Source: Candidatus Saccharimonadota bacterium
GTDB taxonomy: Bacteria; Patescibacteriota; Saccharimonadia; Saccharimonadales; UBA4665
Assembly: GCA_002952755.1 (NCBI GenBank)
Contig: CP025011.1
Coordinates: 240,001 to 272,000, forward strand
Direction of reading: 5' to 3'
Length of the DNA: 32,000 bases
Part shown: positions 14,866 through 23,096 of the stretch, in pieces
Position numbering within the stretch: the stretch's first letter is position 1
Layout: every line of letters starts with the position of its first letter
Position numbers and translations under genes: made by a program
The notes under the pieces: generated by a model
What the model was told of the DNA's origin: nothing
Database searches by the model: none
What the model saw: only the letters and a program-made list of their open reading frames with translations

Positions 14866-16893
14866 GTGAGCATGGTAAAAACACTATTACTGGCACGACA
14901 TAAACTGCGGCGACCGGCTTCGACGCTTGGGGCCATCATCGCTGCGGTGGGTCTCTTATTCGTCTCTAGCAGTCCCATGGCAACCTTCGCCCAAGGCGCC
15001 TCAACAAGTCGCCAACAATTATTCTTTAGCGCAGCCCAAGAATTTGAAGTGCCAGAAAGCGTTCTTCTGGCACTTTCGTATAACGAATCACACTGGGTAT
15101 CGAACGCCGGTATGAGCAATGACGGTGGCTACGGGCTTATGGATCTGCGCACCTATCACAGTACAGTCATGAGTGGCCGCGATGGTACGACCGTCACTCC
15201 TGCTAAGCAGCAGGCGAGTTACTATACCCTCGACCAGGCCGCGCAACTACTGCGCGTATCGCCAGCAATCCTAAAAGCGGACGACCAGCAAAACGTTCGT
15301 GGTGCGGCCGCAGTGCTCGCCCAGGATGCAAAACAGCTCAATAGCGGTAATTTGCCAGTAGATCTGGGTGACTGGTACAGTGCTGTTGCGCAGTTCAGCG
15401 GAGCTGTCAATTCGGCATCGGCAAGTTCATTTGCTAACGATGTTTTTACCACCATCAAGGGTGGAATCAGTCTTACTACGCCTGACGGCCAGGTAATGAA
15501 CCTTCCAGCTTCACCTTCCGTGCGGCCAAACATAGAGGGTATGTCGGCTCTGGAATTCAAGCCGACATCTATGAATCCGGTTAAGAATATATCTAACTCA
15601 ACTCCCGAATGTCCCAGTACTCTTAACTGCCGCTTCATTTCTGCCTTCTATGGGCCGGACGACCCAAATGACCCCACCAACTATGGCAATTATGATTTTG
15701 CCAATCGCCCCCAAGATATGCAGATTAAATACATCTACATCCACGACGGCGAAGGCTCATACGACAGTATTGTTAACCACTTCCAAGACCCTTCGGCCTA
15801 CGACAGTGCGCAATACGTCATTTCTTCCCAAGGCGATATCACTCAGATGGTACGCAATAAAGATGTTTCTTGGGGTGTTGGCAACTGGAACATGAATATG
15901 CACGGGATTAACATCGAGCACGCAGGCTTTGGCGCCCAAGGCGCTAGCTGGTACACACCAGCGATGTATCAGGCCTCTGCTACGCTCGTGCGTTGGCTTG
16001 CTAGTACGTATCACATCCCACTCGACCGTCAGCACATTCTCGGCCACGACAACATAATGCTTCGTCCAGCGGCAGGGCAATGGGCACAGCACTGGGATCC
16101 GGGCCCCTATTGGGATTGGAACTACTACATGGATTTAGTGAAGGGTAAAACGCCCGCACAGGCATCGGCTGACTATGCAAAGACTTCTGTCGCTGATTTC
16201 TCGCTAAAAAAGGGCGATGTTGTAACTATCTCGCCGAATTTCGCGACGAACCAGCCTCTTATTACTGATTGCCAGACAGGTACATGCGTGACACTGCCGA
16301 AACAAGGCGCAAATTTTGTGTACTTGCATACACAGCCCGACACCAACGCACCCTTTTTGACCGACCCTTACTTACATTCGCAGGCTACAAGTGACCCCTA
16401 TTTGTACATAGACGGTCCGGTTGGCAATACCCAAGATAACGATTGGGGAGATAAAGCTCCGAGTGGCTTTAAGTATGTCGTTGCTGATATACGAGGCGAT
16501 TGGACTGGTGTTTGGTATTCCGGGCAAATAGGTTGGTTCTACAACCCTCATGGCGAAGGACGTACTGCGCACTGCGGCACGAGCGCAACACTGGCCCCGC
16601 GCCGTGGCTTAAGCTCGGTCCCGGTGTATACGCTGGCATATCCCGAAGCCTCTGCTTATCCTTCGACTATCCCCGTACAGCCGCAGCCAACAGCGTACTC
16701 GATACCCGCCGGACAACGATACACTACAACGGGTAAAGCTATCACAAGCGACTATTTTTATGACTGGACCTGGAACTATAGCGCCCCAGATGACCATAAG
16801 ATAGTGGTGGGCAACCAGAAGTACTATGAGATCACCTACAACCACCATATCGGCTTTGTAAAGGTTGAAGACGTTGATGTAACGTCCAACTAA
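14866..16893 (+). CDS. Secreted multidomain peptidoglycan hydrolase A: SLT-like lytic transglycosylase + N-acetylmuramoyl-L-alanine amidase (Amidase_2/PGRP-type) + SH3b-like C-terminus
   Basis: Signal peptide (LGAIIAAVGLLFVSSSPMATFAQGA). SLT motif ALSYNESHW...GGYGLMDL. Amidase core IKYIYIHDGEGSYDSIVNHF...WGVGNWNMNMHGINIEHAGF...HILGHDN...HWDPGPYWDW. SH3-like GDWTGVWYSGQIGWF and YYEITYNHHIGFVKVEDV. The likely start is ATG 14872, 5 nt after AGGGGG. Confidence 0.85.
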   Translation: MSMVKTLLLARHKLRRPASTLGAIIAAVGLLFVSSSPMATFAQGASTSRQQLFFSAAQEFEVPESVLLALSYNESHWVSNAGMSNDGGYGLMDLRTYHSTVMSGRDGTTVTPAKQQASYYTLDQAAQLLRVSPAILKADDQQNVRGAAAVLAQDAKQLNSGNLPVDLGDWYSAVAQFSGAVNSASASSFANDVFTTIKGGISLTTPDGQVMNLPASPSVRPNIEGMSALEFKPTSMNPVKNISNSTPECPSTLNCRFISAFYGPDDPNDPTNYGNYDFANRPQDMQIKYIYIHDGEGSYDSIVNHFQDPSAYDSAQYVISSQGDITQMVRNKDVSWGVGNWNMNMHGINIEHAGFGAQGASWYTPAMYQASATLVRWLASTYHIPLDRQHILGHDNIMLRPAAGQWAQHWDPGPYWDWNYYMDLVKGKTPAQASADYAKTSVADFSLKKGDVVTISPNFATNQPLITDCQTGTCVTLPKQGANFVYLHTQPDTNAPFLTDPYLHSQATSDPYLYIDGPVGNTQDNDWGDKAPSGFKYVVADIRGDWTGVWYSGQIGWFYNPHGEGRTAHCGTSATLAPRRGLSSVPVYTLAYPEASAYPSTIPVQPQPTAYSIPAGQRYTTTGKAITSDYFYDWTWNYSAPDDHKIVVGNQKYYEITYNHHIGFVKVEDVDVTSN

Positions 16894-16903
16894 GATCACA
16901 GAA

Positions 16904-16950
16904 TTTGAAACTAGAAAACGGGGTGGTCAACCCCGTTTTCTAGTTTCAAA
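16904..16950 (+). terminator. Strong terminator hairpin
   Basis: Perfect 20-bp stem tttgaaactagaaaacgggg / ccccgttttctagtttcaaa with a 7-nt loop, 11 nt after the stop of hydrolase A. Confidence 0.85.
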
Positions 16951-17055
16951 GTTTGAAGTTGATCGGGCGAGACGCGCAAGCTCCTACCATGAGCAGAATC
17001 GGTAAGATAACTCATACCATACGCAATACCAGATAAAGTAATATCAAAGGGTTTT

Positions 17056-18285
17056 ATGCAAAATGCACTGCGCCGGACGTTTACCTCGCTAGCAGTTCGT
17101 AATTTTCGATTGTTCTTTATCGGGCAAGGTATATCGTTGTGCGGCACGTGGATGCGTACGATTGCTTTATCATGGCTGGTGCTACAGCTGACCCATTCCG
17201 GTGTACAACTTGGGGTAGTGACGGCAGCTCAATTTTTACCAGTCTTGCTACTGGGTATGTTCGGAGGTGTAATTGTCGACCGTACAGATAACAAACGGCT
17301 ACTCATCTTTACGCAGATTTGCCTCGGCGTTATCTCGCTCCTACTGGGCATACTGGTTATCACGCATTCGATTGAACTCTGGGCAATATATGTGCTTGCG
17401 GTGTTTTCTGGCGTTATAACGGTGCTAGATACGCCGGCCCGACAAACGTTTTTTGTGCAGATGGTAGGTGAGCAGCAGCTGAAGAATGCAGTGACGCTCG
17501 ATGCTATTATGATAAATGTCGCTCGCGTGGTGGGCCCTTCTATGGCTGCAGGATTAATCGCAGGGGTTGGAATCGGCTGGTGCTTCATTATCGATGCCTG
17601 CACGTTTGTAGCGGTACTTGTCGCGCTAATCATGATCCGTCGGAGTCACCTGCATCATGTAGAGCCGGCTCCGCAGGTACCGGGTCAGTTGCGCGCCGGG
17701 CTACAGTACGTTCGTTCTACCCCGGCCCTTCGTACATCTTTGCTTATGATGATAATAATCGGAACATTTGCGTACGAGTTCCCGGTCGCATTGCCATTAT
17801 TTGCAACCAAAACCTTCCACGGTAATGCGACTGCCTATGCCCTCATGACGGCTGCTATGGGGCTCGGTGCAGTTGGTGGGGGATTGTATACGGCGGGGAG
17901 GCCACCCTCTTCTCTGCGCCGGCTTATACTAAGCGCAGTATTATTCGGCTTAAGCATGATGATCGTTGCCGTGGCTCCCAACCTCGTAACTGCACTCATG
18001 CTCCTGGTCGTAGTTGGAGCGCTCTCCATCCTATTTATATCGCTCAATAATACAACAACGCAGCTTACGAGCACGCCACAAATGCGTGGCCGGGTTATGG
18101 CATTGTGGTCTATGGCGTTTCAAGGGACGACTCCCATTGGTGGTCCGATTATTGGTGCTATCGCAGATCACAGTAATCCGCGCGTTGGATTAGCGCTAGG
18201 CGGTGCATCTGCTGTGGTCGCCGCGGGTATTGGTGTGTTTACTGCTGGCTACCGACTACCCAAGAGGGAACAGAAAAATCCTTAA
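17056..18285 (+). CDS. MFS transporter (EntS/DHA3-like, MFS_3 type)
   Basis: 409 aa, about 12 hydrophobic segments. The N-terminus FTSLAVRNFRLFFIGQGISLCGTWMRTIALSWLVL...GGVIVDRTDNKRLL is typical of the PF05977-like efflux subgroup. Confidence 0.85.
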   Translation: MQNALRRTFTSLAVRNFRLFFIGQGISLCGTWMRTIALSWLVLQLTHSGVQLGVVTAAQFLPVLLLGMFGGVIVDRTDNKRLLIFTQICLGVISLLLGILVITHSIELWAIYVLAVFSGVITVLDTPARQTFFVQMVGEQQLKNAVTLDAIMINVARVVGPSMAAGLIAGVGIGWCFIIDACTFVAVLVALIMIRRSHLHHVEPAPQVPGQLRAGLQYVRSTPALRTSLLMMIIIGTFAYEFPVALPLFATKTFHGNATAYALMTAAMGLGAVGGGLYTAGRPPSSLRRLILSAVLFGLSMMIVAVAPNLVTALMLLVVVGALSILFISLNNTTTQLTSTPQMRGRVMALWSMAFQGTTPIGGPIIGAIADHSNPRVGLALGGASAVVAAGIGVFTAGYRLPKREQKNP

Positions 18286-18581
18286 ATCACTTATGGGAGA
18301 AGTGGCCAAAGGCATTATGACTCTCTTATGGGCATGATACGTCGCCAGAAGATCATAAATCTTCTATATTGAGGTGGCTTTTTAGGCGAGTACAGTTCTA
18401 AAGCTTAACTCGCAGAAGAGCCTCGCTGCCGGCGCCATGATGCAATTATGCGCCTGAAGCGCGGGTAAGGGCCTTTCATGATTCTTTGCGGGGCTTTTGC
18501 AATGCTACTTCCGCGCTCTGCGTATACGTCAATGATGGCTTCACTTTGGATTAAGTAGAATCGCTTGGTATCATAGGGTAG

Positions 18582-19223
18582 ATGGCTACTCAGAGAAAAT
18601 CTGCGACAACATGGGCGGGCCTCATAGGGCCGAGCGTATTGCTAGCTCTTATTGGTGTCACTCACCCCATGGATCTCAACGGTCATACCGCGCTTTACTG
18701 GCGTAATATGCACGTTGTTTTGTTGTTTGTATTCCCGCTTTTGGCCGTGGGTCCTTACATCTTGCTGAAGCCAGCTGGCCGATGGCTGCGCTGGATGGCG
18801 AACATACTCTTATATGGGTTTGTTTTTCTCTACACGGCGCTTGACCTGCTGAATGGAGTCGGTGCTGCACATGTCTACCGTGAAACGTCTTCTATGACCA
18901 TGGTAACGCATCACGGGGTTTATTCGGTGATGGGCTCAAAGGATAGTATTGTGGCGATTTTGGGTATTGGCAATAAGCTCGGGAATATTGGTGTGTGGCT
19001 GTATCTTGTAGTTTGTATGCTGGTTGCCGGGTGGTATGTACGGCGCTACTTTGCTTCGCAAAGTCGCTGGGCTGTGTTGGCCGGAGGAGGGCTATTGGTG
19101 GCAGCTAGCATATCGTTTTTAGATTCGCACATCTATTGGCCGCGAGGTGTATGTACTATGATCGCTTTTGCAATAGCTTTTGCCCTGCTTGGGCGCGCTA
19201 CTTCGGTTACTAAGGTTAATTGA
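18582..19223 (+). CDS. Hypothetical integral membrane protein
   Basis: 213 aa with about 6 hydrophobic helices. No motif recognised. Confidence 0.6.
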   Translation: MATQRKSATTWAGLIGPSVLLALIGVTHPMDLNGHTALYWRNMHVVLLFVFPLLAVGPYILLKPAGRWLRWMANILLYGFVFLYTALDLLNGVGAAHVYRETSSMTMVTHHGVYSVMGSKDSIVAILGIGNKLGNIGVWLYLVVCMLVAGWYVRRYFASQSRWAVLAGGGLLVAASISFLDSHIYWPRGVCTMIAFAIAFALLGRATSVTKVN

Positions 19224-19384
19224 GAACAATCAATCTGGCTTGCCGTGACGGGGCGTCCTACATTCTGATTGCGATGGCTGGTTCAGGCTCGAATTTGTGT
19301 AGGTTCGGTGGCATCCGGGTTAATTATATGGACTACTAGTGAGTTATTCTTTATTACCGTATTTAAAATGCTACTATAAGGTTC

Positions 19385-20482
19385 ATGCTTACAAACGAGA
19401 AAATAACACCTGGCCATCATGCCAACCTTGATCCGCAAAATGTCGCCGTCCTAGCCGCAGAATTTGGCATTGCGCCCACTGCAAAATGGGAGGCGGTGCC
19501 CAGTTTTACGAGCGTCTTGTTCAGGACGGTTCATGGGGCCAGCGAGAGCGGGCCCGACGGCCAAGGATATATACTTAAGGTATCTCCAGTGGACATCGAA
19601 CAACCTGCCGAGCCACGTAATCGTATTGAAGCTCGGCGGCTCCGCCTGAGCCATGCTTTTGCCGGCTTGCTTAGGCCCGTATTGCAAGCCATGGAGCCAC
19701 CTGTGGCGGTTGTGGGGTACGAACCAGTCATTACCCGCTCAAACCAGGGAGACATTATGACTTTTTACGGCGAGTACGGAAATCCGGCAGTCGTTATGAA
19801 GGAAATGCCCGGTACGCCAGCAAGCAGCAAAGCTCCAGAGGGCCAGGTGCCGAGCATTGAGCAACCGAAATACCTTGCTCAGCTAGCACGTGTCCAAGCG
19901 GCTACCCATGCTATGCGTACAGAACCAAGCCTTTTAGCACTTGCCAATGAACTAGGCGACCAAGAGCTGACATGCGTCGAAGATTACACCGGGAAATTCC
20001 TACGCCCGCTCCCGGAAGATGTCGTCGTTCCTAGGCGTTGGCAAGAGATTACACAAAAAGCAAACGAGTATTGGCCTCTTCTGGAGAGTGGTGTGGGATT
20101 TGTTGATCTATGGCATAGCAACACGATGGTAGAAGCGAGAACGGACGAAGCAGGCGAAACTCATGACGTCTTGACAGGTATTTTTGATATTAATGATACC
20201 CAGAAGGCGCCCCGGCTGTGGGACACGGCGGTGACGGTGTGGGGACTCTTTGTATGCAGTGGTGGTAAGTTCGAAATCGTTACAGAGTACATGGCTGCCT
20301 ACAGCGAAGAGCTGGAGCGCCTCGAAGTTCCCCTGACAGATATTGAAAAAGAAGCGCTGTGGTATATGGTGGCGGCACGGGCATTTACCGCATGGCAGGG
20401 TGCTAAAATTGCTAATCCACTATCCGCCGCCAACGACGAAGAACATATTGCGCAATTGCTTGCCCATACAGTGCTGGCGTAG
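19385..20482 (+). CDS. APH/ChoK-fold phosphotransferase-like protein, paralog A (catalytic loop intact)
   Basis: Beta-3 Lys GYILKVSP, hinge VVMKEMPGT, catalytic loop FVDLWHSNTMV (D-x4-N as in APH HGDLxxxN), and metal-binding GIFDINDT. Confidence 0.7.
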   Translation: MLTNEKITPGHHANLDPQNVAVLAAEFGIAPTAKWEAVPSFTSVLFRTVHGASESGPDGQGYILKVSPVDIEQPAEPRNRIEARRLRLSHAFAGLLRPVLQAMEPPVAVVGYEPVITRSNQGDIMTFYGEYGNPAVVMKEMPGTPASSKAPEGQVPSIEQPKYLAQLARVQAATHAMRTEPSLLALANELGDQELTCVEDYTGKFLRPLPEDVVVPRRWQEITQKANEYWPLLESGVGFVDLWHSNTMVEARTDEAGETHDVLTGIFDINDTQKAPRLWDTAVTVWGLFVCSGGKFEIVTEYMAAYSEELERLEVPLTDIEKEALWYMVAARAFTAWQGAKIANPLSAANDEEHIAQLLAHTVLA

Positions 20483-20610
20483 GTATTATCGGTTCCTAGC
20501 ATAGTAAGCTGAACGCTTCTCCACTCTATCGAAGGCGGTCGACCAGTGGTCCATTAATAGACAGAGCTCGCTACACGTTGTATTGTAATGTTTTAACTGA
20601 GGTTTAGGAC

Positions 20611-21099
20611 ATGTCAATTGAATCGGATGTACAAGTAGGGTTTGACGAATACCTTGCGGAGACGCTTAACAACCCGTTATTCTGGTACCAGCAGCGTATC
20701 GGGGGGCTGGTTTTACCTCCGTCCATCACTGAAGGCGGTGACCTAGTTGCGGTACGCTTCGGATTCCCCGTCCATGATGCGAGCATTCAGAACTTTGGAA
20801 GCAGGCGCGGCTGGTTAGTGGCGTCTCAAGTTGGCGGAGTCCACCGTGTCGATATTGTATCCGATCCCTCCTATCTAGCGGGCTACCGCGGTGGCACTCA
20901 ACGACGAGAAGGGGATCATACTGCTCGCAGGAATATTGGAAACGGAATACCCTCCATCTCTACAAACCGAGATAAGAGTGGAGCTGCCGTTACCGTTACG
21001 GTACCTGTGAACTCTAAGGGCAATATAGCCTACACCCCCATTTTGAACGGCGACCCCCTAACGAATTATGAAGGCATCGGGTTGGCCACCGAGGGGTAG
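20611..21099 (+). CDS. Hypothetical protein
   Basis: 162-aa ORF with GAGG 9 nt upstream of the ATG. No signal peptide, no recognised motif. Followed by a 9-bp hairpin (21111-21141). Confidence 0.55.
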   Translation: MSIESDVQVGFDEYLAETLNNPLFWYQQRIGGLVLPPSITEGGDLVAVRFGFPVHDASIQNFGSRRGWLVASQVGGVHRVDIVSDPSYLAGYRGGTQRREGDHTARRNIGNGIPSISTNRDKSGAAVTVTVPVNSKGNIAYTPILNGDPLTNYEGIGLATEG

Positions 21100-21466
21100 A
21101 ACTGTAGTAGTTCAGGGTTGGCTTGGGGAAGTAACCCTGAAATGCCCAGCGTTCACGCTTTATGATCGACTACACCAGCTTATTAGTATGGTCTCAGAGC
21201 CGAAGCGTTGCAGAGCGCCGAAGCCCAATATGCACAACGTCCTGATCCGCTAATTGCATATTTGCGTTGGGGCTACCGAGATGGGCATGACCTCAATGAT
21301 TGGCCTGACGCCTACGCAGGCGCAAGCAAGCTTACGGCGACCGCGCTGCATTAGCGCGTGCCCTCTATACGCTGGCGACCTTAGCGATTCGTGAAATTAC
21401 TTTAGCCTGAGCTACGCGGTTTTATACCAGCTTGATAATAATGCAAGTATATTATAGGGTATATCT

Positions 21467-22096
21467 ATGAAGAAGCGTTCTTCGTTGGTAAAGATAACGA
21501 CGGTCCCTAGTAGGTTTATTCAAGAAGGCTTGCCCGAATTCCCCGTAGATTACGAAAGATTAATTGCAGTCTCTAGCCCCGCGGGGAATCTTATCTGTAA
21601 AGGCGGCGACTTGTTAACGGGTGAAGTATCCGGACTGGTTGTCACACGAAAATTTTCTCGGCGTCTTACAAACTTTGTAGGCCGATGGTTGGTGCCCCGG
21701 GACCCAGAGGTGGATAAAAATGCCCTAGCCGCAAACGCCAGCTATATATGTCATAGCTTTGCTCTGGAAATGAAAACCGGCAAAGAACAAACCCTAGGTA
21801 GTTCAATAGCCGGAATTACTCGCTTGCGCCCCCAGGCTACACCCATGGAAGATGTGCACCGGCCTTTGCCTTTTGGGACTCAGGCTATCATCATTGATGG
21901 GAAAAACGGCGGAGTGCTCCATAGCAGCATAGCAATTGGCATGGCGCCAGATGGAGCACCTAATGGAGCACGCGATCCGGCTGACCACCTGCAGGTAATG
22001 GATGGTGGTGGTCATATAGGGATTACTTCGTTGCCAGAGATGGTCGATTACTATACGACAGTTAGAGAAAGAATGCCGCAAGTTTTCACCGTATAG
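21467..22096 (+). CDS. Hypothetical protein, possible papain-fold (NlpC/P60- or CHAP-like) Cys/His hydrolase
   Basis: 209 aa, no signal peptide. Candidate nucleophile in ASYICHSFAL and candidate His in GGVLHSSIAIG (compare xCSGF ... GHVxIx in NlpC/P60 and CHAP). This is motif-level only. Confidence 0.5.
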   Translation: MKKRSSLVKITTVPSRFIQEGLPEFPVDYERLIAVSSPAGNLICKGGDLLTGEVSGLVVTRKFSRRLTNFVGRWLVPRDPEVDKNALAANASYICHSFALEMKTGKEQTLGSSIAGITRLRPQATPMEDVHRPLPFGTQAIIIDGKNGGVLHSSIAIGMAPDGAPNGARDPADHLQVMDGGGHIGITSLPEMVDYYTTVRERMPQVFTV

Positions 22097-22136
22097 GTTT
22101 TGGGATTACGACTCTTAGTAGAGATAATCTCGCGCC

Positions 22137-22209
22137 TTAAGGAGGCAGGGGCATGGCCTTCGGGGGACAGCTGAAGTCCTCCGGTAGTGTATCCGTTGGC
22201 CTGCCTTAA
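22137..22209 (+). promoter_or_regulatory. Stem-loop-embedded 18-codon mini-ORF with a consensus SD, upstream of the M15/hydrolase-B operon
   Basis: AAGGAGG (22139-22145), 7-nt spacer, ATG 22153 ... TAA 22209 (MAFGGQLKSSGSVSVGLP). The outer helix ttaagg(agg)cagg / cctgccttaa pairs the SD region with the stop-codon region. Inner 8-bp hairpin cgggggac-agctgaa-gtcctccg. Confidence 0.3.
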
Positions 22210-22305
22210 ACTAAATAGCATTGAAAGCAATAAGATTTTTCATAGGTTGCACCTGCAAAGTCTTGTACCGTTGGTGGGTTAACTCTAATTCATAAAGGGC
22301 GGGCG

Positions 22306-23067
22306 ATGAAGCAAAAGAGTAGTGCACGATTTCGTATAGCAAGTATGTTCGTGGCAATTTTGACGGCGGTGACGCTTACGAGCAATAGTCTCGGACAGGC
22401 GCATGCGCAGCTGAGCGCTGGCAATCATCATTCGGCGCCAGTATGGGAAGAAGCAAATCGCACGATCACACTTAATCCGGCCAACCCAGCACCGCCGGAG
22501 GTGGTGGCGCAGTTAGTGTCGCTGAATGTGGCATATCACGACTTTGAGGGGCGGCAGCGCCAGGGCATTGTAGAGGTTAATCGCGAGCTGGAGGGGGATG
22601 TCATCACCTTCTTCAAATACGCCTATTATATGAATTTCCCGATCCGTGAAGTGGCAGTTTCCAGCGACCCCCGCTTCCAGTGGGACGACAACAAGCTTAT
22701 GGCATCAGATATCACCTCGTGCTTTAACTACCGCACGATTGCCGGCACGAACCGGCCGTCACAACACGGCCTGGGGAGGGCCTGCGACTTTAATCCCCGC
22801 GAGAATCCGTACATAACGCTTGATGACCAAGGGAACCCGGTGGTTGCCCCGGCCGGAGCATTATGGAAGCCGGGCGAACCAGGCACACTCTTTGCCGCCA
22901 ACCCGCTCATCCAGCTGATGGATGCACGCGGCTGGACATGGGGTGGCACTTGGACACTCCAAGACACCGACGGGGCGGTCATAGACTACCAGCACCTGCA
23001 AAAGAGAGCTGCACCGTTGCCCACATCTGGGCCAACGCCCACGTTAGCTACAACAAAGGGTGAATAG
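22306..23067 (+). CDS. Secreted LAS-family (M15, VanY/L-Ala-D-Glu peptidase-like) metallopeptidase A
   Basis: Signal peptide (FVAILTAVTLTSNSLGQAHA). Zinc motif SQHGLGRACD (H-x6-D). C-terminal GWTWGGTW...DYQHL (D-x-x-H). Confidence 0.8.
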   Translation: MKQKSSARFRIASMFVAILTAVTLTSNSLGQAHAQLSAGNHHSAPVWEEANRTITLNPANPAPPEVVAQLVSLNVAYHDFEGRQRQGIVEVNRELEGDVITFFKYAYYMNFPIREVAVSSDPRFQWDDNKLMASDITSCFNYRTIAGTNRPSQHGLGRACDFNPRENPYITLDDQGNPVVAPAGALWKPGEPGTLFAANPLIQLMDARGWTWGGTWTLQDTDGAVIDYQHLQKRAAPLPTSGPTPTLATTKGE

Positions 23068-23096
23068 AAACTTTAGCTACGTAAAAGGAAGAGCGA

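Noticed and set aside
15222-16092. Minus-strand ORFs 15222..15638 and 15757..16092, plus their counterparts 24030..25007 in the paralog
   Set aside because: They are antisense to the two hydrolase genes, whose + strand products are mutually conserved and carry SLT and amidase motifs. The antisense products have no motifs and Arg/Ser/Cys-rich composition.
21068-21253. 61-aa + strand ORF overlapping the end of the 162-aa gene
   Set aside because: It overlaps the 3' end of a longer ORF in another frame, has Arg/Cys/Pro-rich composition, and no SD. A different frame in the same gap looks more protein-like (reported as a decayed remnant).
22130-22305. c-di-AMP (ydaO-type) riboswitch upstream of the wall-hydrolase operon
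   Set aside because: I considered it because ydaO-class riboswitches often precede cell-wall hydrolase genes. The structured element is only about 73 nt and lacks the pseudo-two-fold architecture and paired conserved ACGGGG/CCC-type segments that I would expect. It is reported instead as an unclassified leader.
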